NCBI GenBank assembly: GCA_964016885.1
Contig: OZ024749.1
Span: 40,052,001-40,116,000, forward strand
DNA: 64,000 nucleotides
Origin: Eledone cirrhosa
Taxonomy: Eukaryota
Reading direction: 5' to 3'
Part shown: piece after piece, positions 26,605 to 40,784 of the stretch
Layout: each line of letters opens with the position of its first letter
Numbering within the stretch: position 1 is the first letter of the stretch
Notes under the pieces: generated by a model
Database searches by the model: none
The model's input: the letters and a program-made list of their open reading frames with translations, nothing else
What the model was told of the DNA's origin: nothing
Program-made: the position numbers and the translations under genes

Positions 26605-27605
26605 GTGAGGAGGGAGGAGTGGAGGGGAGGACAGGTGATAACTAGTGAGGAGGGAGGAGTGGAGGGGAGGACAGGTGATAACTAGTGAGGAGGGAGGAGT
26701 GGAGGGGAGGACAGGTGATAACTAGTGAGGAGGGAGGAGTGGAGGGGAGGACAGGTGATAACTAGTGAGGAGGGGGGAGTGGAGGGGAGGACAGGTGATA
26801 ACTAGTGAGGAGGGAGGAGTGGAGGGGAGGACAGGTGATAACTAGTGAGGAGGGAGGAGTGGAGGGGAGGACAGGTGATAACTAGTGAGGAGGGAGGAGT
26901 GGAGGGGAGGACAGGTGATAACTAGTGAGGAGGGAGGAGTGGAGGGGAGGACAGGTGATAACTAGTGAGAAGGGAGGAGTGGAGGGGAGGACAGGTGATA
27001 ACTAGTGAGGAGGGAGGAGTGGAGGGGAGGACAGGTGATAACTAGTGAGGAGGGAGGAGTGGAGGAGGGGACAGGTGATAACTAGTGAGGAGGGAGGAGT
27101 GGAGGAGGGGACAGGTGATAACTAATGAGGAGGGAGGAGTGGAGGGGAGGACAGGTGATAACTAGTGAGGAGGGAGGAGTGGAGGGGAGGACAGGTGATA
27201 ACTAGTGAGGAGGGAGGAGTGGAGGGGAGGACAGGTGATAACTAGTGAGGAGGGAGGAGTGGAGGGGGGGACAGGTTATAACTAGTGAGGAGGGAGGAGT
27301 GGAGGGGAGGAGAGGTGATAACTAGTGAGGAGGGAGGAGTGGAGGGGAAGACAGGTGATAACTAGTGAGGAAGGAGGAGTGGAGGGGAGGACAGGTTATA
27401 ACTAGTGAGGAGGGAGGAGTGGAGGGGAGGAGAGGTGATAACTAGTGAGGAGGGAGGAGTGGAGGGGAGGACAGGTGATAACTAGTGAGGAGGGAGGAGT
27501 GGAGGGGAGGACAGGTTATAACTAGTGAGGAGGGAGGAGTGGAGGGGAGGAGAGGTGATAACTAGTGAGGAGGGAGGAGTGGAGGGGAGGAGAGGTGATA
27601 ACTAG
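26605..27605. repeat. 40-bp purine-rich minisatellite x25 (gtgaggagggaggagtggaggggaggacaggtgataacta)
   Basis: Strict 40-bp period, very homogeneous. Confidence 0.98.
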
Positions 27606-27781
27606 ACGGTCGAATATTTCACTTACCTTCATTTGACGGCTATTTCAACCGATCAATGAACAGATCGATCAATCGATAGGGATTTGCCTGCTTATTGATT
27701 ATGTTTTGTTTGTTTAATTTTTATTTCGTGTGTGCATATATGTATGTGTATCTATGAGTGTATATGTGTATGTGTGTGTGT

Positions 27782-27818
<37 letters not shown>

Positions 27819-27993
27819 GTGTGTATGTGTTGGCAGACGTACAAAAGCATGTACCAACATATATGTGTGTGTATCGTGTGTGCGCATGTGTGTGTGTGTA
27901 TGTGTGTGAACATTTCTATGTATGTGTATATGTACATATATACTTATATATATACGTGTGTGTTTGTATGTATGTATACATATATATATATAC

Positions 27994-28086
<93 letters not shown>

Positions 28087-28511
28087 TACGTATATATAAA
28101 TATATATATATATACGTATATATAAATATATATATATATACACACACACATAGATATATATATATACACACACACACATATATATATATGCATGCGTACA
28201 TACGTATCTATGTATGATATATACAGGGATAGGTATGGGTGTGTGTATTGTTGTGTAAATACTTGGATATAACAGCTTCAATGTCAACTACAAGGAAAAG
28301 AGAGTACTCAATACTGCAAGTAAAGTGCATGCATTCATACATACACATTATTACATACATATAGAGAAACAAACATACATACATACATACATACATACAT
28401 ACATACATACATACATACATACATACGTACGCACATACATACATACATACATACATACATACATACATACATACATACATACATACATACATACATACTA
28501 GTATTTATTTT

Positions 28512-29395
28512 TCTTTAAATGTGAAATGTGTATATATGTTGTTTGTGTCTATTTTTAAACATTCCGTTTGCCTCCCCGGTGTAGTCTTTGTTGGTTTTAC
28601 CTCTCTTGCAATACTGTTACCTTGTAGATTATATCTGTCGTTAGGGAGCTTCCTCTTAATGGCCATACCTTTTTACTGTTGCAGTAGTATCTGTTTTGGG
28701 GCTATGGAGTGTGGTTCAAGACAAAGGACTGTTTATAATTTGGATGGCGTGTTTTGGGGTTCCGTGTAAAGGCGTCAAATTTTTGTGTTCTTCTTATTAA
28801 AAAAAAATGTGATATATATGATCGATCTGAAAGTGTTAAGTGATTAGTGTTAAGAAATTTGTTTATTGTTGTTCTTTTCTCACATTTTCCGTCGTTGAAG
28901 ATGAAAAGTGGGTTGAACCAAGTGACATTGCCTTTGTCTAATTTTGTTCAGTCTAAGATTTCTTTGGTAACATCTTGAATATGAATTCTATATTTTATTA
29001 TTTTCTAACACACAATTATTTACGACTTCATTGGTGATATTGTTTAAACTCTTCGATTTACGTTCAAGGCCCGGTTCTTCGTTAATAAAAATGGGTGGAT
29101 AAAAATATTCATCTATATATTTTGTTTGATCTTCTAGAACAGTGGTTCTCAACCTTTTTTTTTCCAACGGCACACCTTGTAACACATGAAAAAATAGCGG
29201 CACACCTGGCTAAATATATATGAAAAATATTTGAATTTTACAAAATAAAAACATGGCGAAAATAAAATTTCGCGGCACACTTAAGAAGATCTCGTGTCAC
29301 AACAGTGTACCGCGGCACACTGGTTGAGAATCACTGTTCTAGAACAATAATTTACTGTGGTTAGGTTTAGTATTACCACTAAAATATTTATTATA
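28512..29395 (-). pseudogene. Decayed Penelope-like (Neptune-like) ORF: RT C-terminus, linker and GIY-YIG endonuclease
   Basis: Minus-strand pieces in the expected order: ILVVILNLTTVNY (FLDV.LNL-like), TKYIDEYFYPP (YI..SNHPP-like), NVTWFNP (28910-28930), YCNSKKVWPLRGSSLTTDIIYKVTV, DYTGEANGMFKNRHKQH. Multiple frameshifts. Confidence 0.75.
29140..29336. mobile_element. hAT-Charlie MITE (197 bp)
   Basis: TIRs cagtggttctcaacc / ggttgagaatcactg; 8-bp TSD ttctagaa (29132-29139 / 29337-29344) fitting NTCTAGAN; internal cggcacac repeats. Confidence 0.93.
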
Positions 29396-29417
29396 TATAT
29401 ATGATGATGATGATGAT

Positions 29418-29525
29418 GATGATGATTTCTTACGAATGAAACAGTTTTAGTCTTGTAAAAGTATATAACATATTGAGTACCTTTTTTAACTGAGGTCACC
29501 TCCCAATATACATAGGAATTCACCT
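29418..29525 (+). mobile_element. Family B element (diverged), fused to (TGA)n
   Basis: tgatgatttc-ttac-gaatgaaacagttttagtc...tattgagtacc. Confidence 0.65.
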
Positions 29526-29547
29526 ATACACACACACACACATATGC

Positions 29548-29614
<67 letters not shown>

Positions 29615-29825
29615 TACATATATATATATATACACATACATATATATATATATACTGTATTCATATATATATATATATAGGGCGTATGTGTGTACATTAC
29701 AGTCAATAGCTAATAGTTGAGAATATTTAAATATAAGTTAATTTGCATAAAAGGTTAAGTATATAAACAAATAAATAAAAAGACAAAATCATGGACAAAA
29801 TTTCTGATTACATTTTATGATCTAA

Positions 29826-29889
<64 letters not shown>

Positions 29890-29955
29890 ATAATAAAAAG
29901 GAATCAGAACTTTTGTTCCTAATTTTGTCTTGTTATTTATTTTGTTATTATTATT

Positions 29956-30027
<72 letters not shown>

Positions 30028-30058
30028 TATATTTTGTATGATTTTATATTTATATAAT

Positions 30059-30126
<68 letters not shown>

Positions 30127-30140
30127 AATATGATAATAAT

Positions 30141-30235
30141 GGAGCTGCGGCGTTGCAAATGGGATACATATGAAAAAGTGAGTCCTTCATCAGTGACCCT
30201 CCACGGTTGGAGGGTCACTGATGAAGGACTCACTT

Positions 30236-30243
<8 letters not shown>
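30141..30243 (-). mobile_element. Family E 3' part with perfect 36-bp fold-back
   Basis: Arms 30168-30203 and 30208-30243; cactgatgaaggact and catatgtatcccatttgcaac match 50470-50515. Confidence 0.75.
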
Positions 30244-30281
<38 letters not shown>

Positions 30282-30616
30282 ACATTATATTTTATATGGT
30301 TTTATATATATATATATATATATATATGTTACCAAAACTTAATACATAATTTAAGGTTACGACCGAGAATTATTGGGGAGAGTAATAATGATGATCAGGT
30401 GTGTGAGTCATATTGTTTATTAGACCGAGATTACGTCAGCAGCTCCTCGCTTTTTCAATGAAGAAAGGACTACAGGCTTAAATAATTCTTTTCTCTCTCC
30501 CCTTTCTCTCTCTCTCCCCCTTTATCTCTCTCTCTCTCTCGCTCTTTCTCTCTCTATCTCTGCCTATCTCTCTCCCTCTCATACACATACGCACACACAC
30601 ATACGCACACACACAC

Positions 30617-30673
<57 letters not shown>

Positions 30674-30779
30674 AACTCTTCTGCAGCGTCTAATGACTCA
30701 TGTTAGCAGCCATTTTGTTTCGTCGCCTCTGCCATCGATTTCACTATATAGACTTTGAGCCGTATTGAAGGTAGTCCGT

Positions 30780-30904
30780 GATGTATGTCTCTGAGTGTGT
30801 GTGTATGTGTGTGTGTGTGCGTGTGTGTGTATGTGTGTGTGGCTGTCTGGTAGTCTCTCTGTCTGTGTACCTGTGTGTGTGTCTTCGTGTCTGTATGTCT
30901 CTGA

Positions 30905-30956
<52 letters not shown>

Positions 30957-31100
30957 CTGTCTGTCAGTCTCTCTGTCTGTGTACCTGTGTGTGTGTCTTC
31001 GTGTCTGTATGTCTCTGAGTGTGTGTGTGTGTGTGTGTGACTGTCTGTCAGTCTCTCTGTCTGTGTACCTGTGTGTGTGTCTTCGTGTCTGTATGTCTCT

Positions 31101-31131
<31 letters not shown>

Positions 31132-31772
31132 GCTATCTGTCAGTCTCTCTGTCTGTGTGCCTGTGTGTGTGTCTTCGTGTCTGTATGTATGTGTGTGTGT
31201 CTGTATGTGTGTGTGTCTGTATGTGTATGTATGTGTGTCTGTATATATGTGTGTGTCTGTATGTGTATGTATGTGTGTGTTTGTATGTATGTGTACGGTT
31301 TGAAGTGTGCACGGGCGGGGGTTATGCATCTGTGTCTATTTGCGTATATGCATATGTGCATCTGTGTGTTTGTGTGTATCTGAACAGTGTGTGTGTATGC
31401 GAGTGCTTGTGTGTGTAAATACATCATCTGTTGAATATAGTGAAACAGCGTGTGTGCATGTGTGTGTGTATGTATCTGTATGTGTGTGCCTGAGTGTAAG
31501 TGTCTCTGTGTGTCTGTGTGTCTCTGTGTCAACGTCTGTTTGTCAACGTCTGTGTGTCTGTTTGTCAACGTCTGTGTGTCTGTGTGTCAACGTCTGTGTG
31601 TCAACGTCTGTGTGTCAACATCTATGTGTGAACGTCTGTGTATCAGTGTATGTGTCTGTGGGTGTGTGAGAGTATGTGTATGTATGTGTGTGAGAGTGTA
31701 TCAGTGTGTGTGTGTGTGTGTGTCTGTGTGTATGTCTGTGTATGTGTGCGTGTGTGTGTCTGTGTGTGTGTG

Positions 31773-31843
<71 letters not shown>

Positions 31844-33750
31844 ATCTGCGTGTGTATCAGTGTGACTGTGTGTGAGAGTCTGTGATTCCATCCGTATATG
31901 TCTGTGTGCGTGTGTGTGTGTGTGTGTGTGTCTGTGTGTGTGAAAGTATGTGTGTGTGTGCGTGTCTGAGAGTGTATAAGTGTGACTGTGAGTCTGTGAA
32001 TCTATCAGTATATGTCTGTGTGTGTCTGTGTCTGTGTGTGTGTGTGTGTCTGTGTGTGTCTGTGAGTGTGAGAGCATGTGTGTGTGTATGTGAATGTCTG
32101 AGAGTGTATCAGTGTGACTGTGAGTGTGAGAGTGTGTGTGTGCGTGTGAGTGTCTGAGAGTGTATCAGTGTGACTGTGTGTCTGTGAGTGTGTGATTGTA
32201 TCAGTATGTGTCTGTGTGTGTGTGTGTGTCTGTGTGTGTCTGTGAGTGTGAGAGTATGTGTGTGTGTATGTGAATGTCTGAGAGTGTATCAGTGTGACTG
32301 TGAGTGTGAGAGTGTGTGTGTGCGTGTGAGTGTCTGAGAGTGTATCAGTGTGACTGTGTGTCTGTGAGTGTGTGATTCTATCAGTATGTCTCTGTGCGTG
32401 TATCAGTGTGTGTGTGTGTCTGTGAATCTATCAGTATATGTCTGTGTGTGTGTCTGTGCGTATGTGTGTGTGTGTATGTGTCTGTGTATGTGTGTGTGTG
32501 TGTATGTGTCTGTGTGTGTGTGTCTGTGTGTGTGTGTGTGTATGTGTGTGTCTGTGTGTGTCTGTGTGTAAGTGTCTGTGTGTATGTGAGTATGTGTCTG
32601 TGTCTGTGTGTATGTGTCTGTGTGTATGTGTGTTTATGTGTATGTATGTGTGTCTGTGTGTGTCTCTGTGTATGTGTGTATGTGTATGTGTCTGTGTGTC
32701 TGTGTCTGTGTGTGTATGTGTGTGTGTTTGTGTCTGTGTGTATGTGTGTTTATGTGTATGTATGTGTGTCTGTGTGTGTCTGTGTGTGTGTGTCTGTGTT
32801 TGTCTGTGTGTGTCTGTGTGTATGTGTATGTGTGTGTATGTGTGTCTGTGTGTGTGTGTCTGTGTGTGTCTGTCTGTGTGTGTCTGTGTGTGTGTGTGTC
32901 TGTGTGTGTCTGTCTGTGTGTGTATGTGTGTGTGTGTCTGTGTGTCTGTGTGTATGTGTCTGTGTCGGTGTGTCTGTGTCTGTGTGTGTATGTGTGTGTG
33001 TGTCTGTGTGTGTCTGTGTGTATGTGTGTATGTGTCTGTGTGTCTGTGTCTGTGTGTGTATGTGTGTTTGTGTCTGTGTGTATGTGTGTTTATGTGTATG
33101 TATGTGTGTCTGTGTGTGTGTGTCTGTGTTTGTCTGTGTGTGTCTGTGTGTATGTGAATGTGTCTGTGTGTCTGTGTCTGTGTGTGTATGTGTGTCTGTG
33201 TGTGTGTGTCTGTGTGTGTCTGTCTGTGTGTGTGTGTGTGTGTGTCTGTGTGTGTCTGTCTGTGTGTGTATGTGTGTGTGTGTCTGTGTGTCTGTGTGTA
33301 TGTGTCTGTGTCGGTGTGTCTGTGTCTGTGTGTGTATGTGTGTGTGTGTCTGTGTGTGTCTGTGTGTATGTGTGTATGTGTCTGTGTGTCTGTGTCTGTG
33401 TCTGTGTGTGTATGTGTGTGTGTTTGTGTCTGTGTGTATGTGTGTTTATGTGTATGTATGTGTGTCTGTGTGTCTGTGTCTGTGTGTGTATGTGTGTGTG
33501 TGTCTGTGTGTGTCTGTGTCTGTGTGTGTATGTGTGTGTGTGTGTATGTGTGTGTGTGTCTGTGTGTGTCTGTGTCTGTGTGTGTATGTGTGTGTGTGTG
33601 TGTGTATGTGTGTGTGTGTATGTGTGTCTGTGTGTCTGTGTGTATGTGTGTCTGTATGTGTCTGTGTCTGTGTCTGTGTATGTGTGTGTGTGTATGTGTA
33701 TGTGTGTGTGTCTGTGTGTGTGTGTGTCTGTGTGTCTGTGTGTGTGTGTA
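30780..33750. repeat. (TG)n/(TGTC)-derived low-complexity array with internal duplications
   Basis: Directly visible; about 180-bp duplication at about 32000-32380. Confidence 0.95.
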
Positions 33751-33960
33751 TCGATTTCCTACACAAGCCGTCTCTTCACTGGAGAATGCAGTGTACAGTC
33801 AGTTGTTGCTTCCCTACACAAGTGTGCAGTGGCTGCAGCAACAGGTTTGCAGTGTGCACATTACATGGAGTGGCTGACTGAGTGATCGCTTGAATGAATA
33901 TATATATATGTGTGTATGTGTGTGTGTGTGTGTGTGAGTGGTTGTTTCAATGTCTTTCAA

Positions 33961-34009
<49 letters not shown>

Positions 34010-34643
34010 ATGTGTGTGTGCATGTTTGTGTGTGTGTGTGTGTGTGACTGTGTGAGGGATTTTTTTTTTTCAGTGAATATATGTGTGCGGTTGTGTGAGT
34101 GTGTGTGTGAGTGTGTGTGCCTGACTGAGTGAACGTCTGAGTGAAGATATGTGTGATTGTTTCAGTGAATATATGTGTGTGGTTGTGTGAGTGTGTGTGT
34201 GAGTGTGTGAGTGTGTGTGCCTGACTGAGTGAACGTCTGAGTGAAGATACGTGTGATTGTGTGATTGTTTCAGTGAATATATATGTGTATGTCTGTGTGA
34301 GTGGCTGAGTGAGGTAGTGAGTGACAGAGGAGACGATTGAGTGACGTTCGAGTGGCTATGTGAGTGAAGCAATGCCGGATTGATTAAGTGATCCAATGAC
34401 TAGTTACCTCAGTGAGTGAGTAAGTGAGTATGTGTATGTCTATGTATGTATGTGTGTGTATATGTGTGTGTACCTGTGTGCATTAGTGTCGGATTTCCAA
34501 TAAGAATGACTAAGTCAGATAAATACACACGCCTATCCATATATATATATATGTGTGTGTGTGTATATATGTACATATATATATGTGTGTGTATATATAT
34601 ATATATATGTGTGTGTATATATGTACATATATATATGTGTGTG

Positions 34644-34674
<31 letters not shown>

Positions 34675-35172
34675 ATATATATATTTATATATATAGAGAG
34701 AGAGAGAATGAGAGAGAGGGCGCGAGAGAGAGAGAGAGAATGAGAGGGCGCGAGAGAGAGAGGGAGAGAGAGATAGAATGAGCGAGAGAAAGAGAGGGAG
34801 AGTGAGAGAGAGAGAGAGAATGAAAGAGAGCGCGTGAGACAGAGGGGGAGAGAGCGAGAGCCGGATACCTACATACATATATGCAGACGCATATATATAT
34901 ATATATATATATATATACGTGTGTATATATGTATATATATGTACATATATGCAGACGCATATATATATATATATATACATATGTGTGTGTGTATATATGT
35001 ATATATATATATGTACATATATGCAGACGCATATATATATATATATATATATACATATGTGTGTGTGTATATATGTATATATATATATATACATATATGC
35101 AGACGCATATATATATATACATATGTGTGTGTATATATATGTATATATATATATATACATATATGCAGACGC

Positions 35173-35204
<32 letters not shown>

Positions 35205-35211
35205 ATATATG

Positions 35212-35258
<47 letters not shown>

Positions 35259-35346
35259 ATGTATATATATATATATATGTGTATGTGTGTGTGTGTGGTG
35301 TGTATGTATATATATATATGTGTGTGTCTGTGTGTGTGTGTGTGTG

Positions 35347-35407
<61 letters not shown>

Positions 35408-35649
35408 AGCAGGGTATTTGTGGGAACACACACATTAAGGGGTAAACTGTAATTAAGGAAGACATTTGGCGCAGCCATTTTCCAGATGTCACTGTTTTGG
35501 TTTTAAATCCTTCCTTCATTTTTTTTACTCCTTATTGTTGTTGCTGTTGTTCGTGTTCCCTTTTTACCCCTATTTGTTGTTATTGTTGTTATATTATTTT
35601 AGATTTATATATACATGTATATATGTGTATGTATATACATGTGTTTGTA

Positions 35650-35740
<91 letters not shown>

Positions 35741-35839
35741 GTATTATGTATATATATGTATATATGTATGAATATATGTATATATCTATGTGTATATATA
35801 TGTATATATATATGTATATATATATACTGAATATATATT

Positions 35840-35905
<66 letters not shown>

Positions 35906-35934
35906 TTGTGTGTACGTACGTATGCAAGTATATC

Positions 35935-35984
<50 letters not shown>

Positions 35985-36010
35985 TTGTGTGTACGTACGC
36001 ATGCAAGTAT

Positions 36011-36061
<51 letters not shown>

Positions 36062-36691
36062 ATGTGTGTGTGTGTGTGTGTGTGTGTATACATATATATA
36101 TACACACTCATACATGCATACATATATAATATGTTTTTGGGGGGTAATTCCTTCCCTTCCATAGACGCCCCTAAATTTTCCATTTTCCACCGGGTCCCTA
36201 CATGCCCTGCCAAGGCAGTGTCATATCCCCTTAAATGTCGTTCAGTTGTGAATCCATTACAACCATATTAGTTTCATGTTATCAATCTATATGACCTCCG
36301 CCCCTTTTAAGGACCCTTAAACTGACTGCAATAACACCATCAACTGTCATTCAACTTGACAAACACATGACGCTTCTTGGAGAACGCTGCATGCGTAGGC
36401 TTTGTGTGTATGTATGTATGTATGTATGTATGTATGTATGTATGTATGTATGTATTATGTATGTATGTATGTGTGTATACGAGTGTGTGTATGTCTGTGT
36501 GTATACGAGTGTGTGTATGTCTGTGTGTATACGAGTGTGTGTATGTGCGGGTGGGTGTATGTGTACAAGTCTATTTTTTTAGTTTGTGAGTCTGTACGTG
36601 TGTAGATAATGAAACACGTTGCTATGTATAGAAATATATATGTGTGTGTGTGTGTGCGTGTGTGTGTGTGTGTGTATGTGTATGTATGTAA

Positions 36692-36752
<61 letters not shown>

Positions 36753-37549
36753 TATATAATGAAACTAATGGAAATTGGGACAAAACATAAACAAACAAGA
36801 CAGTACAAAAACAACTGGGGAACGTGACTAACACAACATTAACAACCAATAAATTCCGATCTTCAACTGATTCCGCTAAACTCACGTTTTTTACCGTAGG
36901 TAAACAGCCGGGAAAGCTTGGCTTAAAGTCCTACCACGTCGTTACTTCCGGCTCAGTCAGGAGAAAGGGTAGGGTGGGATGCCGCTTACGGCATAGAAGA
37001 CTCTGTTAAATGTACCCAAAGAACGACTAGATAATGTAGTAACCCCCGAGTAATAGATTAAGTGTACCACATATATAGGTCTCAGTGGAAATTGAACACA
37101 GAACGCAATGTTTTCTTAAGAAATGCTTCAAACCATCTTGTCCAGTTCTCAAACGCATCTCTGCTACTACATAATCTTTCGAATCTAATGATTCAATCCA
37201 TAGCTACTCGTAATATTTATCTTATATGTTGTGTATAAATTCTGAATTATTTTCTATGCAGACGATTATTGATTTGGCAAAAATGGTTGAATTGGCAGAA
37301 TCGAGAGAAGATTTTTATGGCGTCTGTTCCTGCTGTCTTCCTTCTAAGCTCAAATCCTACCATAAATCAACTTTACCTTTCATCCATTCGGAGGGTTGAC
37401 AAAATAGCAGGCCGGTGTATTAGCAGTGTCGGTGGAATGTCGGGTGGGACTATATTGAGGGATTTCTTCCCGCTCTCTGCGTTCAGAATTCAAATCCCAT
37501 ATTAGATCAACCTTGTATTTCATCCATTCATTCGGAGTGTAGACAAAAT

Positions 37550-37740
37550 AATTGTTTCTATTTCTGGCACAAGGCCAACAATTACCCCCAGTGTATTACT
37601 GGTACTTTATTTTATCTACCCCGTAAAGGATGAAAGGCAAAGTTAACCTCGACGGGATTTGAACTCAGATCATAAAGGGACGTAACTCTATGCTGCAAAG
37701 CATGGCGCCCGACCGTCTACCGATACTGCCAATCCACTGC
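37550..37740 (-). mobile_element. SINE1 (degenerate relatives at 37270-37545)
   Basis: Near-identical to the 8446 unit. Confidence 0.88.
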
Positions 37741-38199
37741 CATTGGTGTATAGACGAAATAATGTACCAACCTAGCATGGTGGAAGTTTAACAGAATTGT
37801 TAGAGTGGCAGACGAGATGTCCTGAGTGGTATATGTTGTAGCACTTTGTGTGACTCGGAGTTCAAACTCCGTCCTAGTCTGGAGGTTCAAATCCCAGTTG
37901 ATCACCAACTGATAGCCAGAGTTGATCACCCGAATAAGGGACACACAGCTGCTTAGGAATGTTACAATGGGTGGAGTAAGATATTTAATACATATCTTGC
38001 TACTGAAGCAGAAGATGAGGAGGGGCAGACGGAGGATAATGATGATGGGGATGATGAGGACGACGACAACGACGACGACCACGATGATGATGATGGTGAT
38101 GATGATGATGATGACGACGACGACGATAAAGATGATGATAGCGATTTTAATTACGATGATGATGATGATGATGATGATGATGATAGCGATTTTAATTAC

Positions 38200-38241
<42 letters not shown>

Positions 38242-38308
38242 AAAGATGATGATAGCGATTTTAATTACGATGATGATGATGACGATGATGATGATGACGA
38301 TTTTAATT

Positions 38309-38361
<53 letters not shown>

Positions 38362-38955
38362 CGGGAGGAGGGGGACAGTGATGGTGATTGCTTGATTGAT
38401 TGGTTTACCAAAGACGGGTTGTTTGTGATGATAAAAGATTAGGGACCCGCTGATACGAGGGCCCAACCCCCATCCACACCGCTGGCACGTGTGGATTAAA
38501 AGATACATCATCTTGATTGCCAAAACAGCCACTATTAAAATATCTCCGCAGGGCAGGGGTCGAGAAACTATTCTACGGGGGCAGGGGGGTCTGGGGGAAG
38601 GGAGGTCTGGATCCAAAATGTTATTTTTTTATACCTTACATGCCAGAGGGAAGGGAAAAAAGGGAGCCCTGATCAAATAAGTCTATGGAGAAAACAGCTT
38701 CTTTTGTTATTGTTATTTTTTCCCTTTGTTATCATTATTTTAATGGGGTATCGTGTTTTTATTATAATTACACACACACAAACACACACACACACACACT
38801 GCTTCGTAGAATCGAGACGTATCTGAGGACCTTGCGATTTCAGAGTCAGGTTCGATCATTGCATCGAGCTGGTCGCTAGAGAAACGATTGTAATATGTCT
38901 AATAAATTGTATTCGTCGCAACACTGATTCTCCGTTTCTTATGTGATATATATAT

Positions 38956-39101
38956 AGGAAAAGAGTCAGGACCCCGACGGCTGAGCTCCGACCGTTTCGA
39001 CAGCTAGTTCAGAACTTCCTATTACCCACTCTACTACCCTAAGTATCGAGTACTCTTATGCGTTATGGTCCACTTGGTTCCTTACAACATTTCCTTCCTT
39101 A
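38956..39101 (+). mobile_element. Family A element (inverted head + tail)
   Basis: Same layout as the 11345 copy. Confidence 0.75.
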
Positions 39102-39107
39102 TATATA

Positions 39108-39538
39108 TCATCATCATCATTCGTCGACTACTGTCGAGATGATGGATCTCACTCTCATGCCCCAGAATTCCCTGTCCCCCATCGCTGCCCCCAGGTCCTG
39201 CCTACTGATTCCCGTATCCCTAGAGATAACGTCAGGGAATGACAGCTTCCTACTCCTAGTCAGGCTGGAGTCAGGGTTCCAGAGCAAGAGAGCGGATATG
39301 ATTTCATTGCTGGCACGGTGACAGTGGCCAGCAAATTGAGCTCTCCGGGATTTTAGAAGGGCAGAGGCTCGAGGGAGTTTGCCATAGATTTTAGACAAGG
39401 TGGGATGTCGTTTCCAGGATAGGTTTTGCACTCTCATTAAGAGACGGGTATATGTGCTATCCAATCTCCTCTCAAGTTGTGATGTTAGTGTCCAAGTTTC
39501 GGATCCATAAAGTAATATGGGCTTAATGGTTGCTTGGA

Positions 39539-39540
<2 letters not shown>
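39108..39540 (-). mobile_element. 5'-truncated RTE-clade LINE with intact C-terminal frame and (TGA)n tail
   Basis: PILLYGSETWTLT...RRLD...RRAQFAGHCHR...LLW...DREFW; the stop runs into (TGA)n. Confidence 0.9.
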
Positions 39541-39572
<32 letters not shown>

Positions 39573-39642
39573 ATGCGTGTGTGTGGGTGTGGGTGTGTGG
39601 GTGTGTACATATATATACATAGAGTGTGTATGTGTGTGACAG

Positions 39643-39850
39643 ATGCATGTGAGGGATGTTCAGGGCCCTGAGAGAAGTGAGTGTCGTAGCATTGAATGTA
39701 TCGTCCACCAACGACATTTGCAAGGGACCGGACTCCTTTGCAGAATGGACGATGATCGAATCCCGAACCAAGTTTGTGTGGTGAGCTTTGTAAAAGTAAG
39801 AGACCACCTCACAAACCAAAGCTCCGATTCAATGATTGTGTAAAGAACTT
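39643..39850 (+). mobile_element. Degenerate RTE (BovB-like) fragment
   Basis: GLLCRMDDDRIPNQV / GELCKSKRPPHKPKLRFNDCVK across a frameshift. Confidence 0.7.
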
Positions 39851-39859
39851 ATTGGTATC

Positions 39860-39945
39860 GCTGTCGAAACGGCATGAGCTCAGCCATCGGGCACTAACTT
39901 TTTCTCTATACGGACACTCTACTTTCCCAAGTACCAAGTACTTAA
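39860..39945 (+). mobile_element. Diverged family A (forward head + part of tail)
   Basis: gctgtcgaaacggcatgagctcagcc...cactctactttcccaagtaccaagtact. Confidence 0.55.
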
Positions 39946-40001
39946 CTGAACATGGCTTTACTAGTCTAAACTGGTAACTTCCAATCTCTGTCTGTGTGTG
40001 T

Positions 40002-40083
<82 letters not shown>

Positions 40084-40111
40084 CTATCTTTATATACATA
40101 TATATATATAT

Positions 40112-40196
40112 CACCACCCCACTCTCAAGAGCGTGAAACTAATAAACCTTTGTTCGTACTGCCTCTCTGTTTTGTTCCCGTTCAATTTTTTACTAT
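40112..40196 (+). mobile_element. Family D short element in (TA)n
   Basis: Matches 23651-23726; gtGAAACtAATAAA motif. Confidence 0.65.
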
Positions 40197-40270
40197 ATAT
40201 ATCATAAGAATATAATCGGTATATATAAAGATATATATGTATATATACACACACACACACATATATATAG

Positions 40271-40367
<97 letters not shown>

Positions 40368-40378
40368 CTATATATATA

Positions 40379-40480
<102 letters not shown>

Positions 40481-40784
40481 TTAATATATATATACACACA
40501 CATTTTATATGTATTTTGACTACATACAGAGGCATTCTGTAGGCAAGTATCGGGCAACTTTCCTGGTGTTTTATGAGGACATTACCATATGGACAGATTC
40601 CGGAAGTCGAATATGCAAGTGATTCCTGTGTGTATATTCAGATATGTGTCTGCCTGAGTAGCAAGATATGTATACAGAAATGATGTATGTATGTATGTTT
40701 TTATGTTTGTATGTTTGTATGTTTGTATGTTTGTGTGTTTGTATGTATGTATTAGATGAAACATACATACATACATGTATGTAT

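Noticed and set aside
26605-27605. CRISPR-like regular array (also considered for 2475-2965 and 52933-53612)
   Set aside because: No unique spacers, no cas genes, eukaryotic context.
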